Source of the DNA: Candidatus Omnitrophota bacterium
GTDB taxonomy: Bacteria; Omnitrophota; Gorgyraeia; JAFGHF01
DNA length: 64,000 nucleotides
Reading direction: 5' to 3'
Assembly (NCBI GenBank): GCA_020341815.1
Contig: CP070837.1
Location: forward strand, 311,035-375,034
This document shows, piece after piece, positions 19,581 to 29,465 of the stretch. Under the pieces are notes generated by a model. That model was not told the DNA's origin. It worked only from the letters and a program-made list of their open reading frames with translations, and searched no databases. Every line of letters begins with the position of its first letter. Position 1 is the first letter of the stretch. Position numbers and translations under genes: made by a program.

Positions 19581-20732
19581 ATGGGGGATAAGAGGATACT
19601 ATTGCTGCATATCTCCGATGTCTCGGGCCATCGTTGCGCGAGTTTAGCTATTCAGAAGGCCCTGCAGGAGATAGATGCAACTGTCAAGACAAAAAGCATT
19701 AATGCATTCAATTATACGAATCCCTTTTTGGAAAAATTTATTAACTGGCTTTATATGTTTGTTATTAAAGCCACTCCCGGAATCTGGGATTATCTTTATG
19801 ACAATGAAGCTGTGCTGAAAAAAGCCGGAAAAACCCGGCTTTTGATTCATAAGCTAAATGACAAGAAGATAAAGAAATTATTTGATGATTTTCGGCCGGA
19901 TATCGTAGTTTGCACTCAGGCTTTCCCTTGCGGAATGGTGGCAGATTATAAACGCAGGCACAATTTAAATATACCCTTGATAGGCGTCTTGACGGATTAT
20001 GCACCGCATAGCTATTGGTTAAATAATTTGGTAGATGCTTACATTGTTCCTGCCCCAAAGATAAAAGAGAGATTTCTGCAAAGAGGTGTCTCGGAGGCCC
20101 GCCTTAAGGTTCTGGGCATCCCCATTGATAGCGAATTCGGTAAGCGGGGCGATCCCCAACAGATCCGCCAACGGCTGGGGTTGGATTTAAAACTTCCTGC
20201 AGTGCTTATTATGGGTGGGGGACAAGGCTTAGGTCCAATAAGGCAAATAGTGCAGATATTGAATAAATTAAAAACTCCTGCGCAATTAATTGTAGTTTGT
20301 GGTACAAACAAGCGTCTTTATAAATGGCTGCAGAAGAATAAGACTGCTTTTAATAAACCTCTGTGGGTAAGGGGTTATATGGATAAAATTAACGACCTTA
20401 TGGAGATATCCAATTTTATTGTGACTAAACCCGGAGGCTTGACTTCTACCGAAGCCTTAACCAAGTCTTTGCCGATAATAATCGTAAATCCTCTTCCCGG
20501 ACAGGAGAGTATGAATACACGGGCCCTTTTAGAAATGAAGGCGGCCTTAAAAGTGGAAAGTTTCAGCGAGCTGGCATCTTTAGCCGAAGAACTATTAAGT
20601 AATTCCGCCAGACTCACAACGCTACGTAAAAATGCTGCCGCTGCAGCAATTAGAGATTCGGCACCAAAGGCGGCTCAACTGATATTAAGCATGATTAAAA
20701 AACAAGCACAGGATGCTATACCATCTCTATAG
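19581..20732 (+). CDS. MGDG synthase / UgtP-like glycosyltransferase (GT28)
   Basis: SGH, VLTDY..HSYW, GIPI, MGGGQGLG, TKPGGLT and PGQE motifs. Confidence 0.88.
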   Translation: MGDKRILLLHISDVSGHRCASLAIQKALQEIDATVKTKSINAFNYTNPFLEKFINWLYMFVIKATPGIWDYLYDNEAVLKKAGKTRLLIHKLNDKKIKKLFDDFRPDIVVCTQAFPCGMVADYKRRHNLNIPLIGVLTDYAPHSYWLNNLVDAYIVPAPKIKERFLQRGVSEARLKVLGIPIDSEFGKRGDPQQIRQRLGLDLKLPAVLIMGGGQGLGPIRQIVQILNKLKTPAQLIVVCGTNKRLYKWLQKNKTAFNKPLWVRGYMDKINDLMEISNFIVTKPGGLTSTEALTKSLPIIIVNPLPGQESMNTRALLEMKAALKVESFSELASLAEELLSNSARLTTLRKNAAAAAIRDSAPKAAQLILSMIKKQAQDAIPSL

Positions 20733-21576
20733 AATAGCCAGGTTTCTCGCAATAACTTTGCCGGTAGGGTTTTCTTATCGAATAGCGGATATCTCAGGTA
20801 GCTTGTATTATCTTCTGGCAAATAAAGACAGAAAAATTGTCAATGATAACATTGAAGTAATATTGAAATATAATAACGATAAGCGTGCCGTTGGAAGATT
20901 GAGTCGTGAGGTCTTTACAAATTTTGCCCGGTATTTAGTTGAATTCTTTCGCGCCTCTAAAATAGACTTAAAGTATATAGAAAAATATATTGATATTCAG
21001 GGCAGGGAAAACTTAGATAAAGCCTTAAGCTCAGGTAAAGGCGTTTTATTGGTTAGCGCACACTTGGGAAACTGGGAATTAGGGGCAATGGCTTTATCTA
21101 TACTGGGATATCCGCTGAATGTTGTTGCCTGGACGCATCGAGACAGAAAAGTTAATGAGTTTTTTCTTGGGCAAAGGCAAAGCAAGGGCGTTAAAATAAT
21201 ACCTCTGGGAGTAGCCATAAGAAGAGTCTTATTTGCTTTAAAGAATAATGAAGCCGTAGCCTTCCTGGGAGATATTGATTATGCTAACCCTGAGATAGGA
21301 GTAACGGTAAAATTATTCGGTCAAGACACAATTATGCCCAAAGGTCCGGCCGTCTTCAGTTTAAAAACAGATTGCCCGATCGTCCCGGTATTTGTGGTTC
21401 GGGAAAAAGGCAACAGATTCAAGTTCATCATTGAAGAGGCAATATCATACAAACCTACGGATAATTACGAATACGATGTAGCCAATTTAACTCAAAGCTT
21501 GAGCAAAAGACTGGAATTTCATATTTCCAGAAATCCGGGACAGTGGTTTATGCTTACTCCCCGCTGGCCAGCTTAA
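20713..21576 (+). CDS. Lysophospholipid / lipid A lauroyl-type acyltransferase
   Basis: SAHLGNWE HxxxxE motif and P.QW C-terminal motif. Confidence 0.88.
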   Translation: MLYHLYRIARFLAITLPVGFSYRIADISGSLYYLLANKDRKIVNDNIEVILKYNNDKRAVGRLSREVFTNFARYLVEFFRASKIDLKYIEKYIDIQGRENLDKALSSGKGVLLVSAHLGNWELGAMALSILGYPLNVVAWTHRDRKVNEFFLGQRQSKGVKIIPLGVAIRRVLFALKNNEAVAFLGDIDYANPEIGVTVKLFGQDTIMPKGPAVFSLKTDCPIVPVFVVREKGNRFKFIIEEAISYKPTDNYEYDVANLTQSLSKRLEFHISRNPGQWFMLTPRWPA

Positions 21577-21593
21577 AGATAAGGAAATGCCAA

Positions 21594-22274
21594 TTGAAGA
21601 TATGCGTGCTTATTCCCTCATATAATGAATCCAAGGCAATAAGCTCTTTGGTGAAAAGGATAAAGGCCGAGGGTCTGGATATATTGGTAGTTGATGACGG
21701 CTCAATCGACTCTACAGCCGAAGCCGCAGAGCTTGCCGGGGCCTGTGTGTTAAGAAACGAACAGAATAAAGGAAAGGGTGCTTCTCTGAAGGAAGGTTTT
21801 CGTCACATTTTAAGGAAAGATTACGACGCTGTGATAACAATGGATGGAGACAGCCAGCACAGCCCCGATGACATTTCCAAATTTATTGCCGAAGCCACTA
21901 ATCCCGATGTGGATATGATTATAGGCAACCGCATGTCTTTCAACAAGGATATGCCTTTTGTTCGCCGCCTGACAAATTATTCTATGTCAACCCTTATTTC
22001 TCTGATTTGCCGCAGGAATATACCGGATAGTCAATGCGGCTTCCGCCTGATTAAAAGAAATGTCCTTGAAAAACTGAATCCTATCAGTTCTAATTATGAA
22101 ATAGAATCGGAAACAATCATTGATGCGCATCGCAAAGGCTTTAAGATTAAGTTTATACCTGTGCAGACTATCTATGCCAAACAGGTAAGTCAAATCAATC
22201 CTTTTGTTGATACAATTCGTTTCTTTAGATTTTTATTTATTAAAGCCTTCTCGTCTTTCTTTAACAAAAGATAG
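21594..22274 (+). CDS. Glycosyltransferase family 2 (DPM1-like)
   Basis: IPSYNE, VVDDGS, NKGKG, MDGDSQH and DSQCGFR motifs. TTG start after SD AAGGA. Confidence 0.9.
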   Translation: MKICVLIPSYNESKAISSLVKRIKAEGLDILVVDDGSIDSTAEAAELAGACVLRNEQNKGKGASLKEGFRHILRKDYDAVITMDGDSQHSPDDISKFIAEATNPDVDMIIGNRMSFNKDMPFVRRLTNYSMSTLISLICRRNIPDSQCGFRLIKRNVLEKLNPISSNYEIESETIIDAHRKGFKIKFIPVQTIYAKQVSQINPFVDTIRFFRFLFIKAFSSFFNKR

Positions 22275-22279
22275 AGAAA

Positions 22280-22924
22280 ATGGATTTTTCGGCCTTAAGA
22301 GAAGAAATGGTCCAGGATCAGCTTATTCGGCGAGGAATAAGCGATGAAAAGGTGCTTAAGGCCTTTCGTGAAGTCCCCAGACATAAGTTTGTGCCGGAGA
22401 AATATCTGGATAGCGCCTACGGAGACTTTCCTTTACCTATCGGTGAGGGACAAACCGTCTCCCAGCCTTATATGGTAGCGCTAATGACGGAGTGCCTGGA
22501 ACTTTCAGGCAAAGAAACTGTCTTAGAAATAGGCACCGGCTCCGGTTATCAGGCAGCTATTTTGGCCAAAGTAGCTGGCGAAGTCTACAGCATAGAGCGC
22601 ATAGCACCTCTAGCAAGGCAGGCCCAGCTGCGCCTGAAAGACTTAGGCTACCGCAATATCCACATAAAGACGGGAGATGGAACTATGGGCTGGAAGGAGT
22701 TTGCTCCTTATGATGGCATAATAGTTACGGCCGCGGCCCCTTCGGTGCCTGAGGTTCTTTTCGAGCAAATGGGCCTTCAGGCAAAGTTAGTCATTCCTCT
22801 GGGCACCAGGTTCAGCCAGATATTGACCGTGGTTAGTAAGCACAGAGACAAGATAGAAACAAAGGAAATCTGTGCCTGTGTATTTGTCCCTTTATTGGGA
22901 AAATACGGCTGGGGCCAAGAGTAG
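22280..22924 (+). CDS. pcm: Protein-L-isoaspartate O-methyltransferase
   Basis: VPRHKF, QTVSQPYMVA, LEIGTGSGYQAA and FVPL motifs. Confidence 0.97.
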   Translation: MDFSALREEMVQDQLIRRGISDEKVLKAFREVPRHKFVPEKYLDSAYGDFPLPIGEGQTVSQPYMVALMTECLELSGKETVLEIGTGSGYQAAILAKVAGEVYSIERIAPLARQAQLRLKDLGYRNIHIKTGDGTMGWKEFAPYDGIIVTAAAPSVPEVLFEQMGLQAKLVIPLGTRFSQILTVVSKHRDKIETKEICACVFVPLLGKYGWGQE

Positions 22925-22938
22925 TAAATAGAGAGACT

Positions 22939-23454
22939 ATGTTGGCTAAGATATTAATACTGATTTTGGTGACATTTATTCCCGCTTTGGAACTGAGGGC
23001 CAGTATCCCCTTGGGAATCCTATCCGGACAAATCAACATATTCAGTTTAAGATTACAGGGTTTTGGCCTTAATTTTATTCTGGTATTTGCAATTTGCGTT
23101 ATTTCCAATATAATTTTAGGAATTTTAGTGTATTTCTTTTTAGATAAATTTGTAAAACACTTGATGCATCTTAAACTATTTGCCAAGTATTACAATAGAA
23201 AGGTAAAGAAGACTCAAAAGAAAATAGGGCCTTACGTCGAAAAGTACGGGACGCTGGGCATTTCGATGTTTATCGGCCTGCCCATACCGGGAAGCGGAAG
23301 TTATACCGGCGCCTTGGGGGCATATCTATTAGGCCTGGGTTATAAAAAGTTTATTGCAGCCAATATTATCGGTGTTATTGCCGCCGGCGTGATAGTTACC
23401 ATGCTTACTTTGACAGGGATTGGCTTCTTTCAATGCCTAATACCTTTCAATTAA
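22939..23454 (+). CDS. Small multi-drug export family membrane protein
   Basis: P.LELRASIP.G and IPGSGSYTG motifs; TM segments. Confidence 0.8.
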   Translation: MLAKILILILVTFIPALELRASIPLGILSGQINIFSLRLQGFGLNFILVFAICVISNIILGILVYFFLDKFVKHLMHLKLFAKYYNRKVKKTQKKIGPYVEKYGTLGISMFIGLPIPGSGSYTGALGAYLLGLGYKKFIAANIIGVIAAGVIVTMLTLTGIGFFQCLIPFN

Positions 23455-23951
23455 TAAATCTGTTTATCCTGGGGCCTCTTTTCTTTTATCCTTTTTCCTT
23501 TTGCCCCTTTCGAATGCCCTATCTATATTGTTTCATATGTCCCATTCGCTGTCTTTGGTATCGCCTCAGGTGGCCGATTCTTTTAATAGCGGTAGGATTA
23601 AATATAAAGAAGGACTCTTTTTGCAATTATATTTGTCCCTTCGGCACAACGCAAGCGCTTCTGTTTAAAATTAAATGCCGAAAAGCTCATACGCCTAATT
23701 TCTTGCATAATTTCAAATATGTCAGTATATTCCTGATAGCCTTTGTGGTAAGCATAACGATATGGAAAGGGAAATTCCTGATGCCCGTAATAAAGTTAAG
23801 GGAGTTGATATTTGCAGTATTTCTCTTGAGCATGGCCATGAGCATATTCGCTTATCGTGCTTTTTGCGAAAATCTCTGTCCTGTCAGGGCATTAAGCAAG
23901 ATATCACATTTTCTCCTAAAACCAGGAAAGTCGGGTTGTTCATGTTTTTAG
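23433..23951 (+). CDS. Membrane 4Fe-4S binding protein (NapH/MauN-like, short)
   Basis: CFICP, FCNYICPFG and FCENLCP motifs with TM helices. Confidence 0.7.
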   Translation: MPNTFQLINLFILGPLFFYPFSFCPFRMPYLYCFICPIRCLWYRLRWPILLIAVGLNIKKDSFCNYICPFGTTQALLFKIKCRKAHTPNFLHNFKYVSIFLIAFVVSITIWKGKFLMPVIKLRELIFAVFLLSMAMSIFAYRAFCENLCPVRALSKISHFLLKPGKSGCSCF

Positions 23952-24550
23952 ACAGGCCTTTAAAAATTGCGCTTTTGCTTTCCATGGCTTTTCATACGAT
24001 AATTTTCCTGCCTTTATTACGCTTTAATAAGCTCGCGTCCCAGAAACGTCAAGTGCTTAAAATTACCTATGTGGCACCGAAGGCAAAGCCCCAACCGGAA
24101 ACCTCTTCCGTCAAAGAAATTATCCCTCCGGCAAAAGAACAAACCTCTGTGCCCGAAAAGCCAAAGATGGAACCGCCTATAAAGCAGCTTAAGGAAACGG
24201 ACAAATCGGCAAAAGACGAAATTCAGGTTCCGCCGGAATTGCCCAAAGAAAAAGAAAAGGTCTATCTGGAATATTACAAGGCCGTCCGCGAAGAAATCCG
24301 CAGATTTGTAATAGAGAGTTCCCCGCGTTTTATAGCCTGCGGTGAAGTCTGTTTATATTTTGTGCTCTCTTCTGACGGAAAATTAGAAGAAATCAAAGTG
24401 GTAGAAGAGCGCTCAACCAAAAACCAACAGCTTAAAAAAATAGCCGCTCGCGGCGTTCAGGGCGCTGCGCCATTTTCGCCTTTTCCTGAAGACCTGGGGG
24501 AGAAGCAATTATCATTTAATGTGGTGATTTCTTTTGAACTGGAAAATTAA
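23942..24550 (+). CDS. TonB/TolA C-terminal domain protein
   Basis: N-terminal TM with S...H, Pro/Lys/Glu-rich linker and C-terminal AAPFSPFP. Start reassigned to ATG 23942. Confidence 0.75.
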   Translation: MFLDRPLKIALLLSMAFHTIIFLPLLRFNKLASQKRQVLKITYVAPKAKPQPETSSVKEIIPPAKEQTSVPEKPKMEPPIKQLKETDKSAKDEIQVPPELPKEKEKVYLEYYKAVREEIRRFVIESSPRFIACGEVCLYFVLSSDGKLEEIKVVEERSTKNQQLKKIAARGVQGAAPFSPFPEDLGEKQLSFNVVISFELEN

Positions 24551-24574
24551 TAGTTCGACTTCGCTCACTATTAA
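24547..24574. repeat. Short REP-like hairpin at the TonB stop codon
   Basis: TTAATAGT-TCGACTTCGCTC-ACTATTAA, with TTAA at both ends. Confidence 0.55.
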
Positions 24575-24590
24575 TGCTTTAAAATTTAGG

Positions 24591-24619
24591 TTGATATTTG
24601 CTTCTTAAAATGGTATACT
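24591..24619 (+). promoter_or_regulatory. Sigma70-type promoter upstream of the small membrane protein and rpsU
   Basis: TTGATA-17 bp-TATACT with an extended TG motif. Confidence 0.7.
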
Positions 24620-24648
24620 AAAGTTCAATCGAAGGGGGCAAAGAACAG

Positions 24649-24846
24649 ATGAGGGCTAGCATAAAAGATAGTATGTTGGAAAATGCAAAACTTAGCCTGA
24701 AAGTTATCTTAGGAATTATCCTTTTAGCTATAGGCGCCTGGCTTATCTGGCTCTGGAAGGAAGACGTCTGGACGGTAATCAGGGGTTTCCTGGGTATTAT
24801 CGTTATTCTTTCCGGAGCGATGTTTTTAGCTATCGCTAAGGAATAA
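24649..24846 (+). CDS. Small two-TM membrane protein of unknown function
   Basis: 65-aa ORF with two hydrophobic helices, downstream of a promoter. Confidence 0.65.
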   Translation: MRASIKDSMLENAKLSLKVILGIILLAIGAWLIWLWKEDVWTVIRGFLGIIVILSGAMFLAIAKE

Positions 24847-24884
24847 AAAACTTTTATATTTTTAGAGAAAAAGAAGGAGAAGAG

Positions 24885-25040
24885 ATGTCGCGGGTGGAGG
24901 TAAAAAGCAATGAACCCCTGGAAAGGGCACTGAGAAGGTTCAAGCGAAAGATAGAAAGGGAAGGAATTCTCAAGCAAATCAAGGCTCGTAAACATTATGA
25001 AAAACCCAGCGAGCGTAAGAGAAGAAAAAAAAGAAAATAA
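24885..25040 (+). CDS. rpsU: 30S ribosomal protein S21 (below ORF-track size cutoff)
   Basis: Manual translation MSRVEVKSNEPLERALRRFKRKIEREGILKQIKARKHYEKPSERKRRKKRK*; SD AAGGAG. Confidence 0.96.
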   Translation: MSRVEVKSNEPLERALRRFKRKIEREGILKQIKARKHYEKPSERKRRKKRK

Positions 25041-27627
25041 CAATACAATTAACCACGGAGAATCCAACCTAAAACGCTACTCTCTGTGGTTTATTGTTTT
25101 TACAGGCCTGACTTTCCTCTTTGGTGCTTCGGGCGCCTCTGCTTACGATGAGGTGGAGCGCCTCACTCTGGATAACGGCATGGTCGTTCTCCTGGAAGAA
25201 AAGCCCAAGCAGGAGTTGGTTAATCTGTTTCTCTGTGTCCGCGTGGGAAGCGGCCGGGAGGGAAAGTATAGCGGCAGTGGAATCTCTCATTTTATCGAAC
25301 ACATGACCTTTAAAGGCACCGCAAAGCGAGCAACAGGCGACATATTTAAAGAAATCGAGTCTTACGGCGGAAAGATTAACGCATTTACCAGTTACGATTA
25401 TAGCGGCTATAATATTACCGTGCCGGGTGATTTTGCTCCTTTGGCTTTAGAACTGCTCGCCGACATGACCCTGAGGCCGACTTTTGACAAACAGGAGCTG
25501 GAGAAGGAAAAGCAGGTTGTTTTAAGAGAAATAAGATTGAATTATGATGACCCCCAAAGGTATTCCTCGCGGCTCCTTTGGCAGAGCGCCTATTCAACCC
25601 ATCCCTACAAATATCCAATTCTGGGCGAGGAAGACTTATTCAAAAAGCTCAGCCGCAGGGACTTGGTCGAGTTCCATCAGGCCGCATACACCCCCGATAA
25701 TATGATTTTAGCTGTTGTAGGCGGTATAGAGAAAGAATCGTTTCTGGCTCTTACAGAAAAAACTTTTAAGCCTTTCAAGCAAAAATATGTAATGGACCTT
25801 GGGGTGTCCCGCGAGCCCCAGCAGACCCAGCTGCGCAAGCACGAAGAGAAGTTTACATCCGGAATGAGCTATCTCTTATTTGCTTTTCACAGCGTAGCCA
25901 TAACGGATGAGGATTGCTTTGCTTTGGATGCCTTAGGGACAATATTGGGAGAAGGGGAAAGCTCAAGGCTCTATAAATTAATCTGCGCCAGAAAAAAGCT
26001 GGCCTATGGCATTGAGGCGGTAAATTATACGCCCCGGGATCCGGGATTATTTATTATCTCCGCATTTCTGGAAGAACGCCATCGTGAAAAAGCGCAATCT
26101 CTAATATTTGAACAGATAGAGCTGCTTAAGAAAAAGGAAGTCTCTCCAGATGAATTGGAAAGCGCAAAGAATAAGATTATCAGCGATATCCTGTTCCACA
26201 GGCAAACCGTAGAAGCCCAGGCGCAGGACTTAGCCTTAAATGAGGCCTTGTGCTCAAATTTTAGATTTACGGAACTTTATATCCAGAAGATAAAACAAGT
26301 AAGCCCGCAGGATATTATCCGTGTGGCCAATAAGTATCTTATCGAGGATAAGCTGAACATAGTTGCCCTGACGCCTCGTGAGGATTCGCCTCGGGCCCTG
26401 GAACCTATTAAGAAGTATGTTCTCGGCCCGGGCATTAGACTTCTGATTAAAGAGGACAGCCAGCTGCCTTTGGTCTCTATGAAAGCGGTCTTTAAAGGCG
26501 GCTTACGCGCCGAAAGCGAGGAGACAAACGGCCTCTGTAACTTAACGGCGCAGATGCTGGATAAGGGAACCCGAGGCAAAAACGCCGCAGAGATAGCCCA
26601 TCTGGTTGAATCGAAAGGCGCACGGCTTTCTTATTTCAGCGGAAACAATAGCTTCGGGCTCTCTCTGGACTCATTAAGCCAGGATTGGGGCCAGATGCTC
26701 ACCTTGCTCTCTGAGTTAATTGCCGACTCTACATTTCCGAGACGTGAATTTCGCAGAGAGAAAGAAAAGAACTTGGCCGGGCTTCTGGCACAGGAAGATG
26801 ACATATTTGAAAGCGGAAACAGGCTCCTGAAAACAACCTTATTCCAGACCCATCCATATAGATTCGTGACGCTCGGAAACGAAAAGTCACTGAAGAAACT
26901 CACACACCGCGACTTAATAACCTTTTACCGAAATTTCTGCCGGGGTAAAAACATGGTCCTGGCAGTATTCGGCGATGTTAAGGCAGAAGAAGTTCTGGCA
27001 AAGGCGGAAGAAGTCTTTGGCAGACTTAAGCCCGGTGAGGCCCCCATCATAGTTACGCCAAAAGAACCGCGGACTGAGAGATTGCGCACAGCTGTCAAAT
27101 CTTTGCCTAAACAGCAGAGTCTGGTGCTGATGGGTTTTTACGGAAGCAATCTTTTTAGCCGCGATAGGTATGTCTTAGAAACGATTTGCCAGGTACTCTC
27201 TCAGGCCTCAGGCAGATTATTTACCCAGATAAGAGAGAAAAAAGGCCTGGCTTATACCCTGGGGGCATATTCGGTATCGGGGCTGGATCCCGGATATATC
27301 GTTATTTATGTTGCTACGCTGCCTGAAAATACAGAAACCGTGAAAAAGGAAATATTAAATCAACTAAACCTGCTTAAGGAGAAGCCTCTAAGTGGAGAAG
27401 AATTGCTTCAGGCCAAAAGGGCGCTTTTGGGCAGAAAGCTGATTGCCCGTCAGACCAACTCTGCCTGTGCTATGGAAAGCGCCCTGGACGAACTCTATGG
27501 CTTAGGTTATGATAATTATCTCAACTATTCTGAGCAGATCAATTTGGTTGAGGGCCGTGACATTATAAGATGCGCCAGGCAATATTTTGATTTTAATAAT
27601 TACGCGACAGTGCTTATCGGACCATGA
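24997..27627 (+). CDS. M16 (pitrilysin/insulinase) zinc peptidase, two-lobe; start uncertain
   Basis: HFIEHMTFKGT HxxEH motif, NAFTS, duplicated M16 domains and an N-terminal signal-like segment. Confidence 0.92.
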   Translation: MKNPASVREEKKENNNTINHGESNLKRYSLWFIVFTGLTFLFGASGASAYDEVERLTLDNGMVVLLEEKPKQELVNLFLCVRVGSGREGKYSGSGISHFIEHMTFKGTAKRATGDIFKEIESYGGKINAFTSYDYSGYNITVPGDFAPLALELLADMTLRPTFDKQELEKEKQVVLREIRLNYDDPQRYSSRLLWQSAYSTHPYKYPILGEEDLFKKLSRRDLVEFHQAAYTPDNMILAVVGGIEKESFLALTEKTFKPFKQKYVMDLGVSREPQQTQLRKHEEKFTSGMSYLLFAFHSVAITDEDCFALDALGTILGEGESSRLYKLICARKKLAYGIEAVNYTPRDPGLFIISAFLEERHREKAQSLIFEQIELLKKKEVSPDELESAKNKIISDILFHRQTVEAQAQDLALNEALCSNFRFTELYIQKIKQVSPQDIIRVANKYLIEDKLNIVALTPREDSPRALEPIKKYVLGPGIRLLIKEDSQLPLVSMKAVFKGGLRAESEETNGLCNLTAQMLDKGTRGKNAAEIAHLVESKGARLSYFSGNNSFGLSLDSLSQDWGQMLTLLSELIADSTFPRREFRREKEKNLAGLLAQEDDIFESGNRLLKTTLFQTHPYRFVTLGNEKSLKKLTHRDLITFYRNFCRGKNMVLAVFGDVKAEEVLAKAEEVFGRLKPGEAPIIVTPKEPRTERLRTAVKSLPKQQSLVLMGFYGSNLFSRDRYVLETICQVLSQASGRLFTQIREKKGLAYTLGAYSVSGLDPGYIVIYVATLPENTETVKKEILNQLNLLKEKPLSGEELLQAKRALLGRKLIARQTNSACAMESALDELYGLGYDNYLNYSEQINLVEGRDIIRCARQYFDFNNYATVLIGP

Positions 27628-28550
27628 GAGAAATGTTTGCTTTATCTACTTCCTGGAATGCCTCAAGACATTCCAGGGCCAAAGACATAATAGATGAAAT
27701 TAAAAGCCTCGGCTTCGGCCAGGTAGAGCTCAACTTCAACCTTACCTCAAAGATGGTTGAAGATATGGTTTCACTAAAGGAAGAAGGGGCAATAGAAATA
27801 GTCTCTGTGCATAACTTCTGCCCTATACCTGAAGGCGCCTCGCGGCAAAATGCCTCGCCTGATATGTTTTCTCTATCGGCTCTGGATGAGGCAGAGCGCA
27901 AAAAGGCGATTGATTATACAAAAAGGACTATAGATACAGCCGTAAGAGCCGGCGCAAAAGCCGTGGTATTGCACGGGGGCAAGGTCAAGGTGCAGGAGAG
28001 AATTAAGGAGCTGATTCTCTTTCAGGAAAATAGGCAAAAATATAATGAACTAAGACAACAGATGCTAAAGGAAAGGCAAGGCAAATCAAAAGACTTCTTT
28101 AATCAGACTCTTAGGAGCCTTGAAGAATTATGCCGCTATGCCCAGAGGCAAGAAGTAAAATTAGGCATTGAAAACAGATATTACTTCAGCGAAATCCCCG
28201 ACTTTAAGGAAATGGAAATAATTCTGGCCACTTTTTCCGGAGGGCCGCTTTATTACTGGCACGATGTGGGACACGCCCAGGTATATGAGTATTTGGGATT
28301 TATTAAACATAAGGAAATATTAGACAAGTTCGCTGATGGTATGGTTGGTATACATCTGCATGATGTAGAAGGAATAGACGACCATCGCGCCCCTTTAAAG
28401 GGAAAATTTGATTTTAGTCTGCTCAAGCCTTATCTGAAAAAAGAAACCCTGAAAGTGCTGGAGCCGCATTATCCGGCAACAAAAAAAGAGGTATTAGAAG
28501 GCAAAAGATACCTGGAAGAGCTGTTTGAAAAAGTAGGGAGCGAAAAATGA
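27624..28550 (+). CDS. Sugar phosphate isomerase/epimerase TIM-barrel protein
   Basis: SVHNFCP, VVLH, GIENR, WHDVGH and HLHD motifs. Confidence 0.8.
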   Translation: MREMFALSTSWNASRHSRAKDIIDEIKSLGFGQVELNFNLTSKMVEDMVSLKEEGAIEIVSVHNFCPIPEGASRQNASPDMFSLSALDEAERKKAIDYTKRTIDTAVRAGAKAVVLHGGKVKVQERIKELILFQENRQKYNELRQQMLKERQGKSKDFFNQTLRSLEELCRYAQRQEVKLGIENRYYFSEIPDFKEMEIILATFSGGPLYYWHDVGHAQVYEYLGFIKHKEILDKFADGMVGIHLHDVEGIDDHRAPLKGKFDFSLLKPYLKKETLKVLEPHYPATKKEVLEGKRYLEELFEKVGSEK

Positions 28551-29350
28551 TAAGAGAGCCAGAAGTAGCAGGGCAATTCTATCCGGCAACTCCCGCAGCC
28601 TTAAAGAAGGTGCTGGAGCACCTGGTCGAGAAAAAAGGAAAAAAAGAACAGGCCTTGGGACTGCTTTCGCCTCACGCCGGATATGTATTCTCGGGACAGG
28701 TAGCGGGAATAGGCTTTTCTAAAGTTAAATTAACCGACACCGTGATTATCTTAGGGCCCAATCATACCGGGCGGGGCGCACCTTTCAGCATTATGACAGA
28801 GGGCACCTGGCATATGCCTATGGGTAATGTGGAAGTAGACAGCGAGCTGGCCAAAAATATATTGGAGGAATCGAAGTATCTGGAAGAAGACGTAGAGGCG
28901 CATATATATGAGCATTCCATCGAGGTACAACTTCCGTTCCTGCAATTTCTTTTACCTAAAATTAAGATATTGCCGATAGTTCTCTCTGCGGCAGACTTTA
29001 TGATTTATGAGGAAATCGGCAAGGCCATAGCCAAGACCTTAAAAGCCAACAAAAAGAATTGCCTAATTATAGCCTCAAGCGATATGACCCATCATGAGCC
29101 CCGTAAAAAAGCAGAGGAGGACGACAAATTGGCTATCGAGGCAATGCTTAAGCTGGATGCGCAGGAACTCCTCAGGCGAATACAGAAGTTCAATATTACT
29201 ATGTGCGGCTACGGTCCGGCGGTCTCTATGCTTTGCGCTGTCAAAGAACTGGGGGCAAAAACGGCAAAGTTAATCAAATACCAGACCAGCGCCGATGTAA
29301 CGGGGGATGAGACCTCGGTAGTGGGCTATGCCGGCATAATGGTGTTATAG
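28547..29350 (+). CDS. amrB: AmmeMemoRadiSam system protein B (MEMO1 family)
   Basis: VAGQFYP, PHAGY, GPNH, EHSIEVQLPFLQ, ASSDMTH, MCG and VVGYA motifs. Confidence 0.93.
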   Translation: MIREPEVAGQFYPATPAALKKVLEHLVEKKGKKEQALGLLSPHAGYVFSGQVAGIGFSKVKLTDTVIILGPNHTGRGAPFSIMTEGTWHMPMGNVEVDSELAKNILEESKYLEEDVEAHIYEHSIEVQLPFLQFLLPKIKILPIVLSAADFMIYEEIGKAIAKTLKANKKNCLIIASSDMTHHEPRKKAEEDDKLAIEAMLKLDAQELLRRIQKFNITMCGYGPAVSMLCAVKELGAKTAKLIKYQTSADVTGDETSVVGYAGIMVL

Positions 29351-29356
29351 AATGAA

Positions 29357-29465
29357 CCCCGCCCTTCCAAACATCACGCTTTGCATAATAGATATAGGCA
29401 AAGATAATAAAAGAAAGGGCGGAATAAAATTTAACCTTGGCCTTACGAAGAAAGGAAGGGCGGGG
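29357..29465. mobile_element. MITE-like TIR element, copy A (109 bp)
   Basis: TIR CCCCGCCCTTCC/GGAAGGGCGGGG with TGAA direct repeats at 29353-29356 and 29466-29469. One mismatch to copy B. Confidence 0.88.
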
